A stretch of 64,000 nucleotides of DNA from Entomortierella parvispora E1425 (lineage: Eukaryota; Fungi; Mortierellomycota). The notes beneath the pieces are model-generated. The model ran no database searches, was not told the origin of the DNA, and saw only the letters and a list, made by a program, of their open reading frames with translations. How positions within the stretch are numbered: position 1 is the first letter of the stretch; the number at the start of each line of letters is the position of its first letter. This document shows, piece by piece, positions 39,768-51,675 of the stretch. The stretch lies in assembly GCA_020891255.1 (NCBI GenBank), contig BQFW01000013.1, positions 620,001-684,000 of the forward strand. Direction: 5' to 3'. The position numbers and the translations under genes were made by a program.

Positions 39768-42700
39768 ATGTCTGCCTCCTATCCAGAAAATGGTCCCACC
39801 GCAGATACCCTGAGAGCAATAACAATACCAGAACCACAAGAGGACGATAACAATGGCAGTGAGGGTCTTTCTGCATCGGGTGACCATGCAGGAGTGTCTT
39901 CAACGACGCCCAACTCATCTGAAGCGATGGACATATATCAGTCGACTCAAGTTCCTCCCTTCAACAGTCCACTCACAACCCTGCAAAGTCCATATAATAC
40001 ACACACAGAAGCCTCTCCCTCTACCAGCAGGGCTCATGATCTGAATACGGCAGCAGCAGTGCACGGGTCGGCTTCAAACGCATCTGCCCATCATCCCACA
40101 GAGAGCCCTGATGGTTCACTTGGGGTACATCATCGACGGATAGTTGACAGGAGCAAGAACCGACTCTCAACAGCATCTATGCCTCAGCTTCATGAGCCAA
40201 GGGTCAACGAAGATACAGATCGACAACGTCAGTCATTGCAACAACTGCCTCAACTCCATGGAAGCACTTTGGACCGTCTCCCAGGCTCACAATTGTCAAC
40301 ACGCTCAGAAATGGATCTTCGATCTGGACACAAAGGCAAAGGTAAGAGACGGAGGCACCCTGATGGTGGTAGTAGTAACGCTCAACTTTCGCCTCTGCCG
40401 CGTTCCAATTCACCCCGGCAGAGTCGAGGACCACCCTCCCCCAGCTCTCCAGTCACACCCACGCTATCTTCGCGGTCAGTAAGGAGCAAGAGGTCATCGA
40501 TTCGGCGGTCTGGTCAGGCTGCCGCTGCGAAGGAAGCCGCGGCTGCCGAAGAACTGGCAGGACAACACAGTCTGAGTGTTATCTCTCGGAGCATGAGCAG
40601 TTACAGGGTCGTCAATCTGCTCTATCAAACCGATGCTGACTTGTTTGATGCCATTACGGAGTGGAAGGAGAATCATCCCAACCTTTGGGTCGATGATGCC
40701 ATTGATGCTTTTTGTAAGGAGCTTATCCAGATTCTGACCTCGCCGAGGAGACTGCACCCACACTGACTCACCCTCTGTCTCCTCTCCCTTTCAACCTTTC
40801 TTTGTCATAGCATCGGCGAGAGGCGCGGATGCCCTGGCTCAGCTAGTTTATTCAACGGAGGCATTTGATATTATTCTCAAGTACAATGCGTCGCATGAGG
40901 ATTTGGCCCCGATTTTCGACATCTCTATGCGAGGTGTATCTTCTTCGATACCGCCATCTCAGATCCAGCAACAGCGTCCACAACAACAGGAGAAGCCATC
41001 TACAGGAGCCTTGGGCCCATCGGCGTTCCCAGAAGGTGTTGACCAGTCTACAGAACAGCACCGTCACTCACGTCTTCAGGAACTCCGCCACTCATCGGCA
41101 AGTTTGCTCTCGAGAGCCCTGTCCATTCGATCTCAGTCGCGCTCCAGGCAGTCCACTCCACAACTCCCACAACACCAACCAGTGTTTCAGGAGGGCGTAC
41201 AAGATGACCCTCGGCGCGCTAGCATGCCACATGTTGCAGTCACAATGCATGCTCAACTAGATGGACCGAGCGCTGACACTAGTCTGGATCCCGTCAAGTC
41301 GTTACCACCCTCATCCCATGCCTTTGCTCCACTGCAGCCGCTAGATTGCTCTACTGACCTATTCCCAAGTGTGCAGTCGTCTACGGTGGTGGCGGACTCT
41401 CATCTTCCGTCCACCGTCGCCCATCCCACCAATACCCGGGACCAAACGCACACAGTTTCTTCAACATCAATCCTCCCTTCATGCCATTCAGAAAATCGGC
41501 ACCAGAAACGACAGCAGCAGGGGCAGCAATCCAGGTATGAGTCAAAGTTAACCCCAACGCCAAAGAGACGGAAAAGTGCTCGGCCTAGCAAAGCTAAGAT
41601 GAGGGAGTGGAAGATCCAATTGCATCGACGAGAGTTCCAGATGGCGCTTTTAAAGGAAGGCGTTTTCATTGAACTCGAAAAGTCTATTCGCTCGGATGCG
41701 GTATATGTCAAGGTTCTGGCTCCTTTTTGGAGGCTGGAGGATGAGGCTCAAAAAACCAGTTGCAAGGCCGATCTCGCCGTAAGATGTTAAAGGAACGGTT
41801 GTTTAACGCAATTGCACGCGGTCCCTCTAACCTAGAACGATCATCTGCTGTCCCCGTTAGCATGCCATCATGCCATCGATTCCATACGCATCCAGGATAT
41901 TCCCCAGTATCACTCGCCTTTTCCCATGTCTGAATCAACCTGGATTGGAGCAAAGACGAGAGGCAGTTCTGTTCAAGACCGCCCGACTGACAGATTTTCA
42001 CCTTGCAGAACCAGGGCGGCTATGGTCGGATGTGGTTCGGCATGCTGGGGCGGTTCGGAGGGATGGGACACCTGTGGGGCCTCAGTCGGGGACAGATGGC
42101 CGTCCAGGGTTCTTTCAAACCAGTCGACGAGGATACCTAGTAAGGCGAGAGTGTTGCTGTCTGCATGACAAAGAGAAGAGCACACACTCATACTGTTCCT
42201 TTAGGTCAACAGCATCATGATGAGGACAGAGTCTAGAAATGGCCCTTTTTCTCGAAAAGCAGGACTTCGATCTGCATTGCGACGTGGTGCCTATCAAAAG
42301 CTGTGAGTGGTTCCACCATTTAGCGCCATTGGTGGTGGTCTACCTTCCTGAACTTGTTTTTCTCATTTTCTTCTCTCTTGCCTGATAGATATGCATTGCA
42401 TGATGGGTCATTCAAGCTGCAAGACCGGTCGCTTCGTGATGCAAACTACCGAGCTCAGCTGCGGGTCAAATGGGCCCGAAGGTTCTGGAAGAGTCAACCC
42501 TTGGATCTGGTGAATGCTTATTTTGGAGAGAGGGTTGGCATCTATTTCGCCTGGTTGGGTCATTATACAAAATGGCTCACTCTACCAGCAGCTGTTGGAA
42601 TGGCTGTCTTTGTCTTTGGCATTATCAACGCAGCAAGGTATGTTGTAGTTTACAGAATCCAGGTCTCTTTCCAGTACTCGCAAAGACATGTTTAGCAGGC

Positions 42701-45260
42701 TGAAATTGCTCAACCACATCTCGCCTTGGTTAGACTCAACAAGCTGGACGCCACTCCTAACGCTTTGTTCGCTATCTTCGACAATGTGCTCACGATGCCC
42801 TTTGCGCTGTTCATGTCCATATGGTCCACTGTGTACATTGAGTTTTGGAAACGGGCTAATCAGTACTACGCCTATCGATGGAATATGAACGACTATGAAC
42901 GTGTTGAACTGCCGAGGACAGAGTTCAGGGCGACTAAAGCCCGATTCTCTGCTGTAACAGGAAAGAGAGAACTGTATTACCCCATGTATTGGAAGGCCTT
43001 GAGATACCTCGTTAGCGCGTTTGCCGTCATTGCCGCTGTAAGTCTGCAGATTGAGGCGGTTACAGATCAGTGCATTCTTCTAATCATTCGTCATTCGTAG
43101 GTGTCTGTAGTTGTTGGATCAGTTGCATGTCTGATGATTTTCAAAGCATGGTGCAGGCACCATATCGGAGGCCCGTACGGTTCGCTCATCGCCGTGGCCT
43201 TGCTCAATTTGATCATCATTATTGTTCTTGGTGAGGTAAATTGATAACTTGGGAAGAGGATCATGTCTTACTAGAAATGGTCATTAGACAGCAGAGAAAT
43301 TAATAGAGGTGATTCTATCTCAGATATGGTGTAGGCTTGCCGAATGGCTGACAGACAAAGAAAACCACAAGTACACCGACGCGTATGAATGTAAGGTGGC
43401 TAGATTGTGATCATTAATCTTTCTTTGAGTGTTGGGAGAAATAGACATCAGAGAGACCTGACGATTCCTGTTGCTTGTCGATTTAGCATCCCTTATTGTC
43501 AAAAGATACCTCTTTGATTTCACCAACATGTACGCGACACTTTTCTACTACGCCTTCTTCAAAGCACCGGTAAGTCGAACAGAGCTCAACTTGCGAGAAA
43601 CAGTGCAGTGAGAAAAAAATTTTCTGACCATGGCCCATGTTCAGTTTGGTGGCAAAATTTTCAGAAACAGGCCAGATCTGCAAGATGCTTGTCTATATGA
43701 TGCTTGCATCACTGAGCTAACGGTCCAGCTTGCGGTAGTATTCATCGGCAAGCAATTCCTGAATGGAATCTTCGAAATGTTGTTCCCGTGAGTGCCCCTC
43801 GAAAGTGCTGCTTTCCTATCTTCTAACAACTAACGACATTTATCATTGTTTTCCTTTTCTCTTCTTTTCTCCCAGTTGGATAAAACGGACTTGGAACAGG
43901 AAAAAAATCCTCGCTGATCAAGCTTTGAAGAGGCGCGAGTTTCTTGAGACCAGGAAGCGGACCAGGGCCCCTCAGTGGGTCAAGGATGATGACTTGCCCA
44001 GCTATGAAGGCAGGATCTTGAAATGTTATCGGAAGACCGTTATCCAATTTGGGTTCTGTACCCTTTTTGTTACCTCCTTCCCGATCGCGCCTGCCTTTGC
44101 ACTGATCAACAACTGGATTGACATTCGCATGGAGGCGTTCAGGTTGTTAACTCAGTACCGTCGACCCATTGCATTGCGAGCACAGGATATAGGTAAGTGC
44201 AAACGCCTGCATGGTCGAAGTGATAGAGGAAGCCTGTGCGATGTCTCAAACTGAAGAGTACTCTCTTTACCCGACTAATCTAGGATTGTGGGAGAGGATC
44301 ATGGAGTTTGTTTCGTTCTGCTCCGTCATCACCAACGCGGCCATTATCGCGTTCAGCTCCCTTTGGATCAAGCAAAACCTCTTCTCCAAATACCTACACG
44401 CGGATCAAGAAGGAGAGCTATTGGCAGCTCGACTAGGATTTATCCTGGTCTTTGAGCACGTTGTCTTTTTGTTCAAGATTATCCTTCGAGCCTCCATTCC
44501 GAATGTCCCTCTGACAATCAAGCTGGCGGTCGCAAGATCCAAGCACATGTCCCGGGTAGCGAGCGAAGGATTGGGTTCCGAGATTGATGATGATATGGAT
44601 TACGACAGCCAGTCAGATGACGACGACGATGGCGACGATGACGACGACGGCTATGACTTTAGTGATGTCGAGTCTGAGAAAGGATCTTCTCAACTGGAGC
44701 GGCGAGCTCCTCACAGTTCTAGGAGAGGAACTGGAGACCAGCTCAACTTCAGCAAGTCTCAAGACGGTACAGGTGATGTCTCTCAGGATCCGCCAGTGAG
44801 CATGGATGAAAAGAGGCCCACACGACCTGGATTGGGCCTTCAACGGATGTGGAATGAGAAAGTGATGAGGATCAAGAAGCCAGCGGAGAATGGCCTGAAA
44901 CGAGAGCTCAACCGAAAAACCGGACCGCCACCTCCATCCACCGTCGCGCGTGGAGGGAATCTGCCGACGATCCAAGAGTCCCTGCATGGATCCAGAGGGA
45001 ATAGCATATCTACCAATTATCAGAAGCAGGGGATGGGAGTGATCGATCCAGTACCTGGTTCGCAGTTCCAGGACAGCCAGCATGGACTAGGTGTTTACCA
45101 CTTGTCAGATTCTGGACAAGCGCTTGCCTATCCTCCCTCCACAACTGTCCAGAATCAGAGCTCTTTGAGCCCTTCACAAAGTCAAAGAAGGCCAGCTCCT
45201 CACCGTGTCAACACGGACATGGATGGTGAATGGGTTGTGTTGGAAGAATCGCGCGTTTAG
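39768..45260 (+). CDS. Anoctamin/TMEM16 family channel/scramblase with long disordered termini; multi-exon
   Basis: YVKVLAPFWRL, RYALHDG, QPLDLVNAYFGERVGIYFAWLGHYT, FALFMSIWST.YIEFWKR, IQFGFCTLFVTSFPIAPAFALINNWIDIR, RAQDIG.WE and FILVFEHVVF. Confidence 0.93.
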
Positions 45261-45508
45261 AAAAATAAAAGGTATTATAGATGATTATATATTAGTCTAT
45301 TATACCTAAGTATTGTATGCTCCTTTAATGGTTTAGAAGAGGAGAGCAGCGGTACCATTGGCGGCGGCGCCAATTAGACCAGTGGAGGCGGAAGCAGTAT
45401 TCAGGACAAAGAGCACATCCATCGAGTCGCAAACAAGTAAGTTGAGAGTTTACTCTTTCAATGAAAAAAAAAAAAAAAAAAAAAAAGAAAGAAAGAAAGA
45501 AAAAAACA

Positions 45509-47059
45509 TCAAAGACATCTTGCATATTGGTGGAGCAGATTTTGAATGTGGTTGGCCTCTAGCTTGACAAGACTTTTGTCCCTGTCGGCAACCCTCACAG
45601 TGCTTGGAGTGAAAGAGAGAACGTGCTGTTGGACTGATTTCCTTTCATCCTTGCTGAACTCGTCTTCATGGTCCATGAGCACCAAGTGTCTTTTCGACTC
45701 TAACATCGAACGTTCCTCCGAGGAAAATCTCTTGAGGACCGCGTGGTAATACTTCTGATGTTGGATTACATCCATCTGCTCCTTGCCCACCATGTTGAAA
45801 ATGAACCCAACACTTGGGCCAGTTTCCATGAAATCATGAAGAAGACTTGCCATTGCGAGATCGAATACATCAACTCTCCCGTTCCTGGTCGTGATAACAA
45901 CGAAAATCAGGTACAGATGACTTCTGTTGTTCAACTCGCTGTACAGACTCAGGAAATAACGCGAGTAGCCCTCTTCTTCCGAGACTCTGGCACCTGGTAT
46001 GTCCACCAACTGAAACTGTTTCCCGTCGAGGAGCACATTTGCGGTTGAAGAGGCAGTCTCCCTGTCATCTGAATAGCCGGTAACAAATCTTCCGCCAAGC
46101 GCGTTAAGTATGGTACTTTTCCCTCTGCCAGTGTTCCCGATGAGGATGATCCTTGGCGATGTATCGTCAACTAATTGAGGATGTGAGGGTATATGGCCGG
46201 CCGTAGGATCTGATGATGATTTAGTCCTATGAAAGATATCTCCAAATCTGAATGAGAACGGTCGTTGGACTGTCTTTGTCGATCCGTGGCTCTGTGGGCT
46301 CTTCTCCATTGGACTTGGGAAATGCGGACTCCTCCTCGTAGCGCCATTATCTCTGCCAGATGCTTCTTGATCAAGTTGTGCATGAACTGTCCCCTTGGGT
46401 AAAATGGAAAGTTTGCGAGTCACTCGTTCCAGCTCGTTTGACGCCATCCTGCGAACACGAACTTGTTTTGGCTCGAACGATAGGACGAACCTTTGGACCC
46501 GTTCGCAGTCCTCCTTGTTGAACATTCCGACATGTCGGCATAGGGCTAGATGGTTGTGTGCCACAAGGTTTAGGTCCGGGTCGATTCGCTGAAGTGCCAT
46601 CCTCAGCTTATCATTAGCCGCGGCGAGGATAGCTGGCTTAATCTGAGTAAGGATCACTCCTATCCGAGGTCCATGCTCAATGCTATCCAAAAAGTATTTC
46701 ATGAGCGCCAGGTCGCTAATCTCGATTGCCCCGTCCAGTCGAGGTTTGATGACCAAAAAGACCACGTAATGTTGTCCATTGTTCAAAGTTTCATGTAGCT
46801 TTTCGAGATGTCGGTCAATGGCACTCCCGCCTAGCATCCTGTCTCCTGGTGCTTTGTGGTCCCTGATTCCCGGCATATCAACCAACAAGAGGCGGCGGTC
46901 ATGGCAAGGTACCTCTTGAGGTTCTCCTACGGCCATACCGTAAACAGCACTGAATCCATGATTAAACTTTCCCCCGAGAGCATTGTGGAGGGTACTCTTG
47001 CCGACGCCAGGATCTCCTACAAAGACGACCGAGGTGAGGATTGGATCTTCTAACACCAT
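45509..47059 (-). CDS. Paraseptin-like P-loop GTPase, two-domain fusion (C-type + B-type domain); gene D of the array
   Basis: Intronless. Domain 1: GDPGVGKST..LVDMPG..KPRLDGAIE..LTQ. Domain 2: GNTGRGKST..LVDIPG..TRNGRVD. The start is taken at MVLEDP (47059). Confidence 0.88.
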   Translation of the reverse strand: MVLEDPILTSVVFVGDPGVGKSTLHNALGGKFNHGFSAVYGMAVGEPQEVPCHDRRLLLVDMPGIRDHKAPGDRMLGGSAIDRHLEKLHETLNNGQHYVVFLVIKPRLDGAIEISDLALMKYFLDSIEHGPRIGVILTQIKPAILAAANDKLRMALQRIDPDLNLVAHNHLALCRHVGMFNKEDCERVQRFVLSFEPKQVRVRRMASNELERVTRKLSILPKGTVHAQLDQEASGRDNGATRRSPHFPSPMEKSPQSHGSTKTVQRPFSFRFGDIFHRTKSSSDPTAGHIPSHPQLVDDTSPRIILIGNTGRGKSTILNALGGRFVTGYSDDRETASSTANVLLDGKQFQLVDIPGARVSEEEGYSRYFLSLYSELNNRSHLYLIFVVITTRNGRVDVFDLAMASLLHDFMETGPSVGFIFNMVGKEQMDVIQHQKYYHAVLKRFSSEERSMLESKRHLVLMDHEDEFSKDERKSVQQHVLSFTPSTVRVADRDKSLVKLEANHIQNLLHQYARCL

Positions 47060-47889
47060 GTATTGTTTGTTGAGAGGACGACGCACGTCTCTGACGGCGA
47101 AGAGAACGTGTGAAGTGGCGAAAGGATGGTTGCTGCTGTAGGTAAAGAAGGAAGAAAGAGCGGAAAAGAGAATCAAAACCACGCTCAGTGCTCCTTTTTG
47201 CTCTGCGTGAACCTTGTTGCAGCAAAGAAGAAAACCCTTTGCACTGCCGCATGGTCGGAAAACACAAGAGGTGTTGCGATGCCGACTCAAAAACTGGAAA
47301 AAAAACAATGACTTTGCCTTCCAGCTTGCCTTGCCCTTCTTTTGTCTTAACTATCAGCCAAGTCATTGTTCCTTGCCACTGCTTTGCTACTCTGTGGTCA
47401 TCGTAAGTAATAGATACCAATGTTGGCAAGAAGGAGAGGGGCCGAGAGAGAGGAGACGTTGCTTGAAATCCTGCAGACGCGGCTCGTTCAGAAGGCGGAC
47501 AAAGAGACCAGAACATGCCTGCCCTCGGACGGCGGCGCTATGCTAAGCCACCAATCACACAGCCTCGTCGCGTCCCTTGGTCTCATTCATTGTCATTCTC
47601 TTTCATTTGTTGTCCTTCATTGTCTTTTATTGCTCTGCCCACATTGTAAACCTTCCCCGTCAGCTTTTGCCCTTTTATGAGCACTCGGTCCACCATGCGA
47701 AACTCTTGACGATAACTGCTTCCTGAACGCACAGTATGTATCTTCGTGATCATTCTCAAAAGCCTAGTAAAGCCCTTTCAGTAAGGTGCTGTGGGACGAA
47801 TTCGTAGTTGGCCAAAGCTCTCAACCTATGGGTATGTATCCCATACCATACCAAGGGCTCGTGTGTATTACAAATAAAAATGTGAATTT

Positions 47890-48643
47890 CTACGAGAACA
47901 GCTTTCTAAAAAATGATCGAATATTCCTCCAGGCCTTTGAGACCATGTTGTAGATCTGGACCTGTCTTGGCTCGAAAGAAAGGATGTAGTCCTGAACTCT
48001 TTGACGATCATGGACGCTAAAGTTCTCATCATGGTCGCGAAGGATAAGGGCGTTCTTTTGCCGAAGTGACCTCAGATCGGCTCCACCGCGTTTCAAAACC
48101 GACATGACGTTTTCGAGGTAACTCGGATGCTGGACTGCAGCGAGATCCCGCTGGCGGATCTGGGTCAAAATTAAGCCCACGAGAGGACCTCTATTGAACT
48201 TCTCGAGGAAAAGCTGATGAGTGACAAGTCTCCGTTGTCAATCTAATGGGCAAAACCATGCATCAGCGAACATGTAGGCGAGTTGAAATAGAAAATTGCA
48301 CCCCGTACATTCAGAATCATACCCGTCCATTGCGTGGAGTGAGAACAAAGAAGATAACATAGGCGTGTCCGTCGTTCAGTCGGTCTTGCAAGGTCTTCAA
48401 GTTTCGATCCATCACGTTGTCTTTTCCGCTTCCGTTGCTGTTATCACTGATCCCAGGCACATCAACCAGACGAAGGTGCCTTCGATCGCAATACACCTGC
48501 TGTGGCTCCCCTACATTCATACCCTGTACAGGAGAAAAGCCGCTTGGGAATGTTCCACCAAGGGCGTTGTGCAGGGTGCTCTTCCCGACCCCTGGATTGC
48601 CGACAAAGACGACGGACGTCAAGCCGGTGCGCAAGGAATTCAT
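47890..48643 (-). pseudogene. Paraseptin-like GTPase, C-type (C3), with one intron and an apparent 1-nt frameshift or alternative acceptor
   Basis: Exon 1 GNPGVGKSTLHN..DVPG..PRNGR, then GTATGA donor at 48322. The AG at 48243 gives IDNGDLSLI and then loses frame by 1 nt. A downstream CAG at 48214 restores the frame into GPLVGLILTQ. Confidence 0.75.
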
Positions 48644-48773
48644 CTGAGTTTTTAGTGGGATGGCGGGGTTGGTTCAAGAAAGCGGTGCAGTGAGCGAAAG
48701 TGATAGGTAAGATTGGAAATGGATGCCTATATTCAAAGGGATGCTAACAAGAAGGAGAAAAAAAAAAAGACTC

Positions 48774-48789
48774 ATATAAACGTTTATAT
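48774..48789. promoter_or_regulatory. Perfect 16-bp palindrome ATATAAACGTTTATAT, candidate TATA box of C3
   Basis: Lies 131 bp upstream of the C3 ATG and reads TATAAA on both strands. Confidence 0.4.
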
Positions 48790-48944
48790 TACTTTGCCTC
48801 AGACCCACCCCCTTTGCCTAGACTCTTCCGATACTACTCTCATATGATTTCTAATCTGCGCCGTTCAATCGAGTCTAACCAACTTAGCCTCGAGAAGCCA
48901 TGCCTGCCACCAAACGGCAAAGTCGGGCAATAATGAGGCTTTAT

Positions 48945-49631
48945 TCAATGGAAAATAATCATCTTGAGCAACTTGAGGAGCATGCGCAATGCGGTTGCAA
49001 TCATGTTACGGATCTGAACCTGACGTGGCGTGAACTTGGTAATATAGCTTCTTATATGGTAGCGGTCGTCGTCCGAAAACCCCTCGTCATGGTCGCGGAG
49101 GACAAGAGGTCCACGGCTTGTCAGGAACCTTAGGTCGGCATTGTTGTTTTTCATGATCTGAATGATCCTGGAAAAGTAAGTAGGGGACTGGATATGGATG
49201 AGGTCCCTGGCTTTGATTTGGGTGATAATCAGTCCCACGGTTGGGCCGTTATCCATTTTTTCGAGGACCAGCTGCATCATTGCGAGGTCACTGGGATCCA
49301 CACGGCCATTTCGAGGACTAATAACAAAGAAGATTACATAGGCATGCCCATCGTTCAGTGCCTCACGCAACATCTTCAGATGGTTGTCGGTAACGCTGTC
49401 ACCGCTGCTGCTCCCTTCCTTCGCCGAGTCGTATATTCCGGGCATATCCACAAGCCGGTAGGGCTTTTGATCGATGATGACATCTTGTTTCGAAACGTAT
49501 GTTGTCAGTCCAGAGGTACAACTATATCCGCTCAAAAAGTTTCCTCCGAGAGTATTGAGAATAGAACTCTTCCCAACACCGGGATTTCCAATCAAAAGAA
49601 TGGCAGTCTTGCCGTCAATGAGGGATCTCAT
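48945..49631 (-). CDS. Paraseptin-like GTPase, B-type (B3), 228 aa
   Basis: GNPGVGKSSILN, GLTT, LVDMPG, SPRNGRVD, IITQ, NNADLRFL and a hydrophobic C-terminal helix. Confidence 0.9.
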   Translation of the reverse strand: MRSLIDGKTAILLIGNPGVGKSSILNTLGGNFLSGYSCTSGLTTYVSKQDVIIDQKPYRLVDMPGIYDSAKEGSSSGDSVTDNHLKMLREALNDGHAYVIFFVISPRNGRVDPSDLAMMQLVLEKMDNGPTVGLIITQIKARDLIHIQSPTYFSRIIQIMKNNNADLRFLTSRGPLVLRDHDEGFSDDDRYHIRSYITKFTPRQVQIRNMIATALRMLLKLLKMIIFH

Positions 49632-50105
49632 CTTGATTTCTCAACAAGTTGAAAACTGCAGGAGGGGAAGTAAGTGGGACGACGAAGAGGGCGGTTTGCG
49701 CACGATAATGGCTGAAAAGGCGGGCTAATTATACGGAAATCGATTATTCTTCCGCGGGTGAACGGCGTACTTCTTGGTGCGCCTTTCACCCCTTGGCTTT
49801 GCCAGGAGAGGGTATGCCTGCCTTCTCACCTTTGCCTTCCAGCTCTGTCAAGTGATTCTTCGTCAATCCAGGTTCTTTTTTTTAAAAAAAAAAAAATCTT
49901 CCGCTAGCGTCAATTGATCGAGATGTCAGGTCCTTCGCCTTCGTTGCTTTGCCTCATTATAAACCCTTCCGCTGTCCCTGTGCCTCATTTTTCCCCTGCC
50001 GACATGTTTGCCACGCTTGATGTGCATCTCGAGGAGGAGTTCAATGGGTCGGATAAAATAATCACCTTGGCGCACACCATCCTCCTCCATTTCATAAATA
50101 CACAT

Positions 50106-50137
<32 letters not shown>

Positions 50138-50204
50138 GCCTGTTCAAAGTTTTCCCTTTAATAAAGTGTAGCACAGTTGAGGTACGGGGACTTTTACATG
50201 TCCT

Positions 50205-51221
50205 CTAGAACACCCTCTTGAGCATTTCGAGATATCGCGCGACAATGGCAGCAACCATGTCGTGAATGACAACCTTCTTTGGCTTGAACGAAAGGACATA
50301 TTTTTTGATCTTGGTCACCTCTTCTGGACTGAACGTGTCCTCGTGATCAACCAAAACCAAGGTGCTATTTCGATCAATGAAGCGCAAGTTTTCGCATTCC
50401 GCACCTTCCAGCAGCTTCAAAACCAAAGCCGTATAGGAGGGGGACTGGATTTTTTCATAATCTCTCTTGCGGATCTGAGTTAAGATCAAACCAATGAAGG
50501 GGCCTTGTTCGATATTGTCCATGACAAGCTTCATGACGGCCAAATCGGCGTTGTCCACCCTACCGTTCCGAGGTGAAATAACAAAGAAGACCAAGAAGGG
50601 ACTGCCATCGTTCAAGGTGCTGTGGAGCATTTGAAGATGGCGAATGATCTCCTCAGCTCTTCCTTCTCCGGCATCATAGATGCCCGGCATGTCGACCAAA
50701 CGGATTACACTGTTACCAAGCTCAATATATTGCTCGGAAACATCAGTCGTCAAACCGGACACCTGGTGGTATCCATGATTGAATTTTCCCCCAAGTGCGC
50801 TTAGGAGGGCGCTTTTGCCCACGCCTGGGTTGCCTATAAACACCACAGACGTGACATCCTTGACATGGCCGTGCACAGGTGTAGACTGTGGTGCGCGGTT
50901 TCGAGCATGCGGTTGCTGATGTTGGTTCTGCGACTGCAGTTGGTGTGGTTGGTGTGGTTGTTGCGGTTGTTGCGGTTGTTGCGGTTCTTGCGGTTGCATT
51001 TGGCCCGCGGTCTTGTTTGTGGGTGTTGAATATGAAACAACAGGATGGATAAGAGGATCATGGTCAAAAGCCTTGGACATCGCTGGCTTCTGGGATGAAT
51101 TGGGGTGCTCATCGACAGATTTAGGATGCTGTATTTTGTCGCGCCCACGAGGCAAGGACGTATCAGTCGACTGACCGTTGCCGCTGCGATTCCAAAGGAG
51201 CTTTGAATAGCTGGATGGCAT
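50205..51221 (-). CDS. Paraseptin-like GTPase, A-type (A3), 338 aa with Q/P-rich N-terminal extension
   Basis: GNPGVGKSALL, GLTT, LVDMPGIY, SPRNGRVD, DNIEQGP and AECEN. Confidence 0.9.
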   Translation of the reverse strand: MPSSYSKLLWNRSGNGQSTDTSLPRGRDKIQHPKSVDEHPNSSQKPAMSKAFDHDPLIHPVVSYSTPTNKTAGQMQPQEPQQPQQPQQPHQPHQLQSQNQHQQPHARNRAPQSTPVHGHVKDVTSVVFIGNPGVGKSALLSALGGKFNHGYHQVSGLTTDVSEQYIELGNSVIRLVDMPGIYDAGEGRAEEIIRHLQMLHSTLNDGSPFLVFFVISPRNGRVDNADLAVMKLVMDNIEQGPFIGLILTQIRKRDYEKIQSPSYTALVLKLLEGAECENLRFIDRNSTLVLVDHEDTFSPEEVTKIKKYVLSFKPKKVVIHDMVAAIVARYLEMLKRVF

Positions 51222-51349
51222 CGATGAAGATGGTGCGTTGAATAGGGAAGTATTGAGGAGGACTTAGAAGAGAGAAGTGTAGATGAGACGGGAAATTGAC
51301 TGTGGATGACTGACGATGTTTGTCTTTTAAGCGATTGCAGGACGACGAC

Positions 51350-51381
<32 letters not shown>

Positions 51382-51675
51382 ATCATTGGGCCGAGCTGAG
51401 TCCCTCCTCTTTGCCAAACTCCTTTGCCAGCTGACTGTTCACCTCCAGCTTTGCCTACCATACCATGTTGCGTACCCAACCGGTTGCTGGAACGAAGGTT
51501 AGAGGCTAAAGACGCAGGTGCTTTGCCATCCTTACTTCCTTAGTTGGGAAAGATGATGGGTGCGGTCGAGATTGCGCCGTCCTCGTCGCCCCCAGAATAA
51601 AATATGATCTTCAGCTTGCATCGCGATTGAGTAACGGTTTGTTGAGTGAATTAGGATGCTGGAAGGCATATTCGT

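Noticed and set aside
47060-47308. Upstream in-frame extensions of several ORFs (also 53056-53205, 56541-56627, 14696-14887 and 28998-29321)
   Set aside because: They translate poly-A/T and CT-rich leader sequence (K, F, L and S runs) typical of UTRs; downstream Met starts align with homologous domains.
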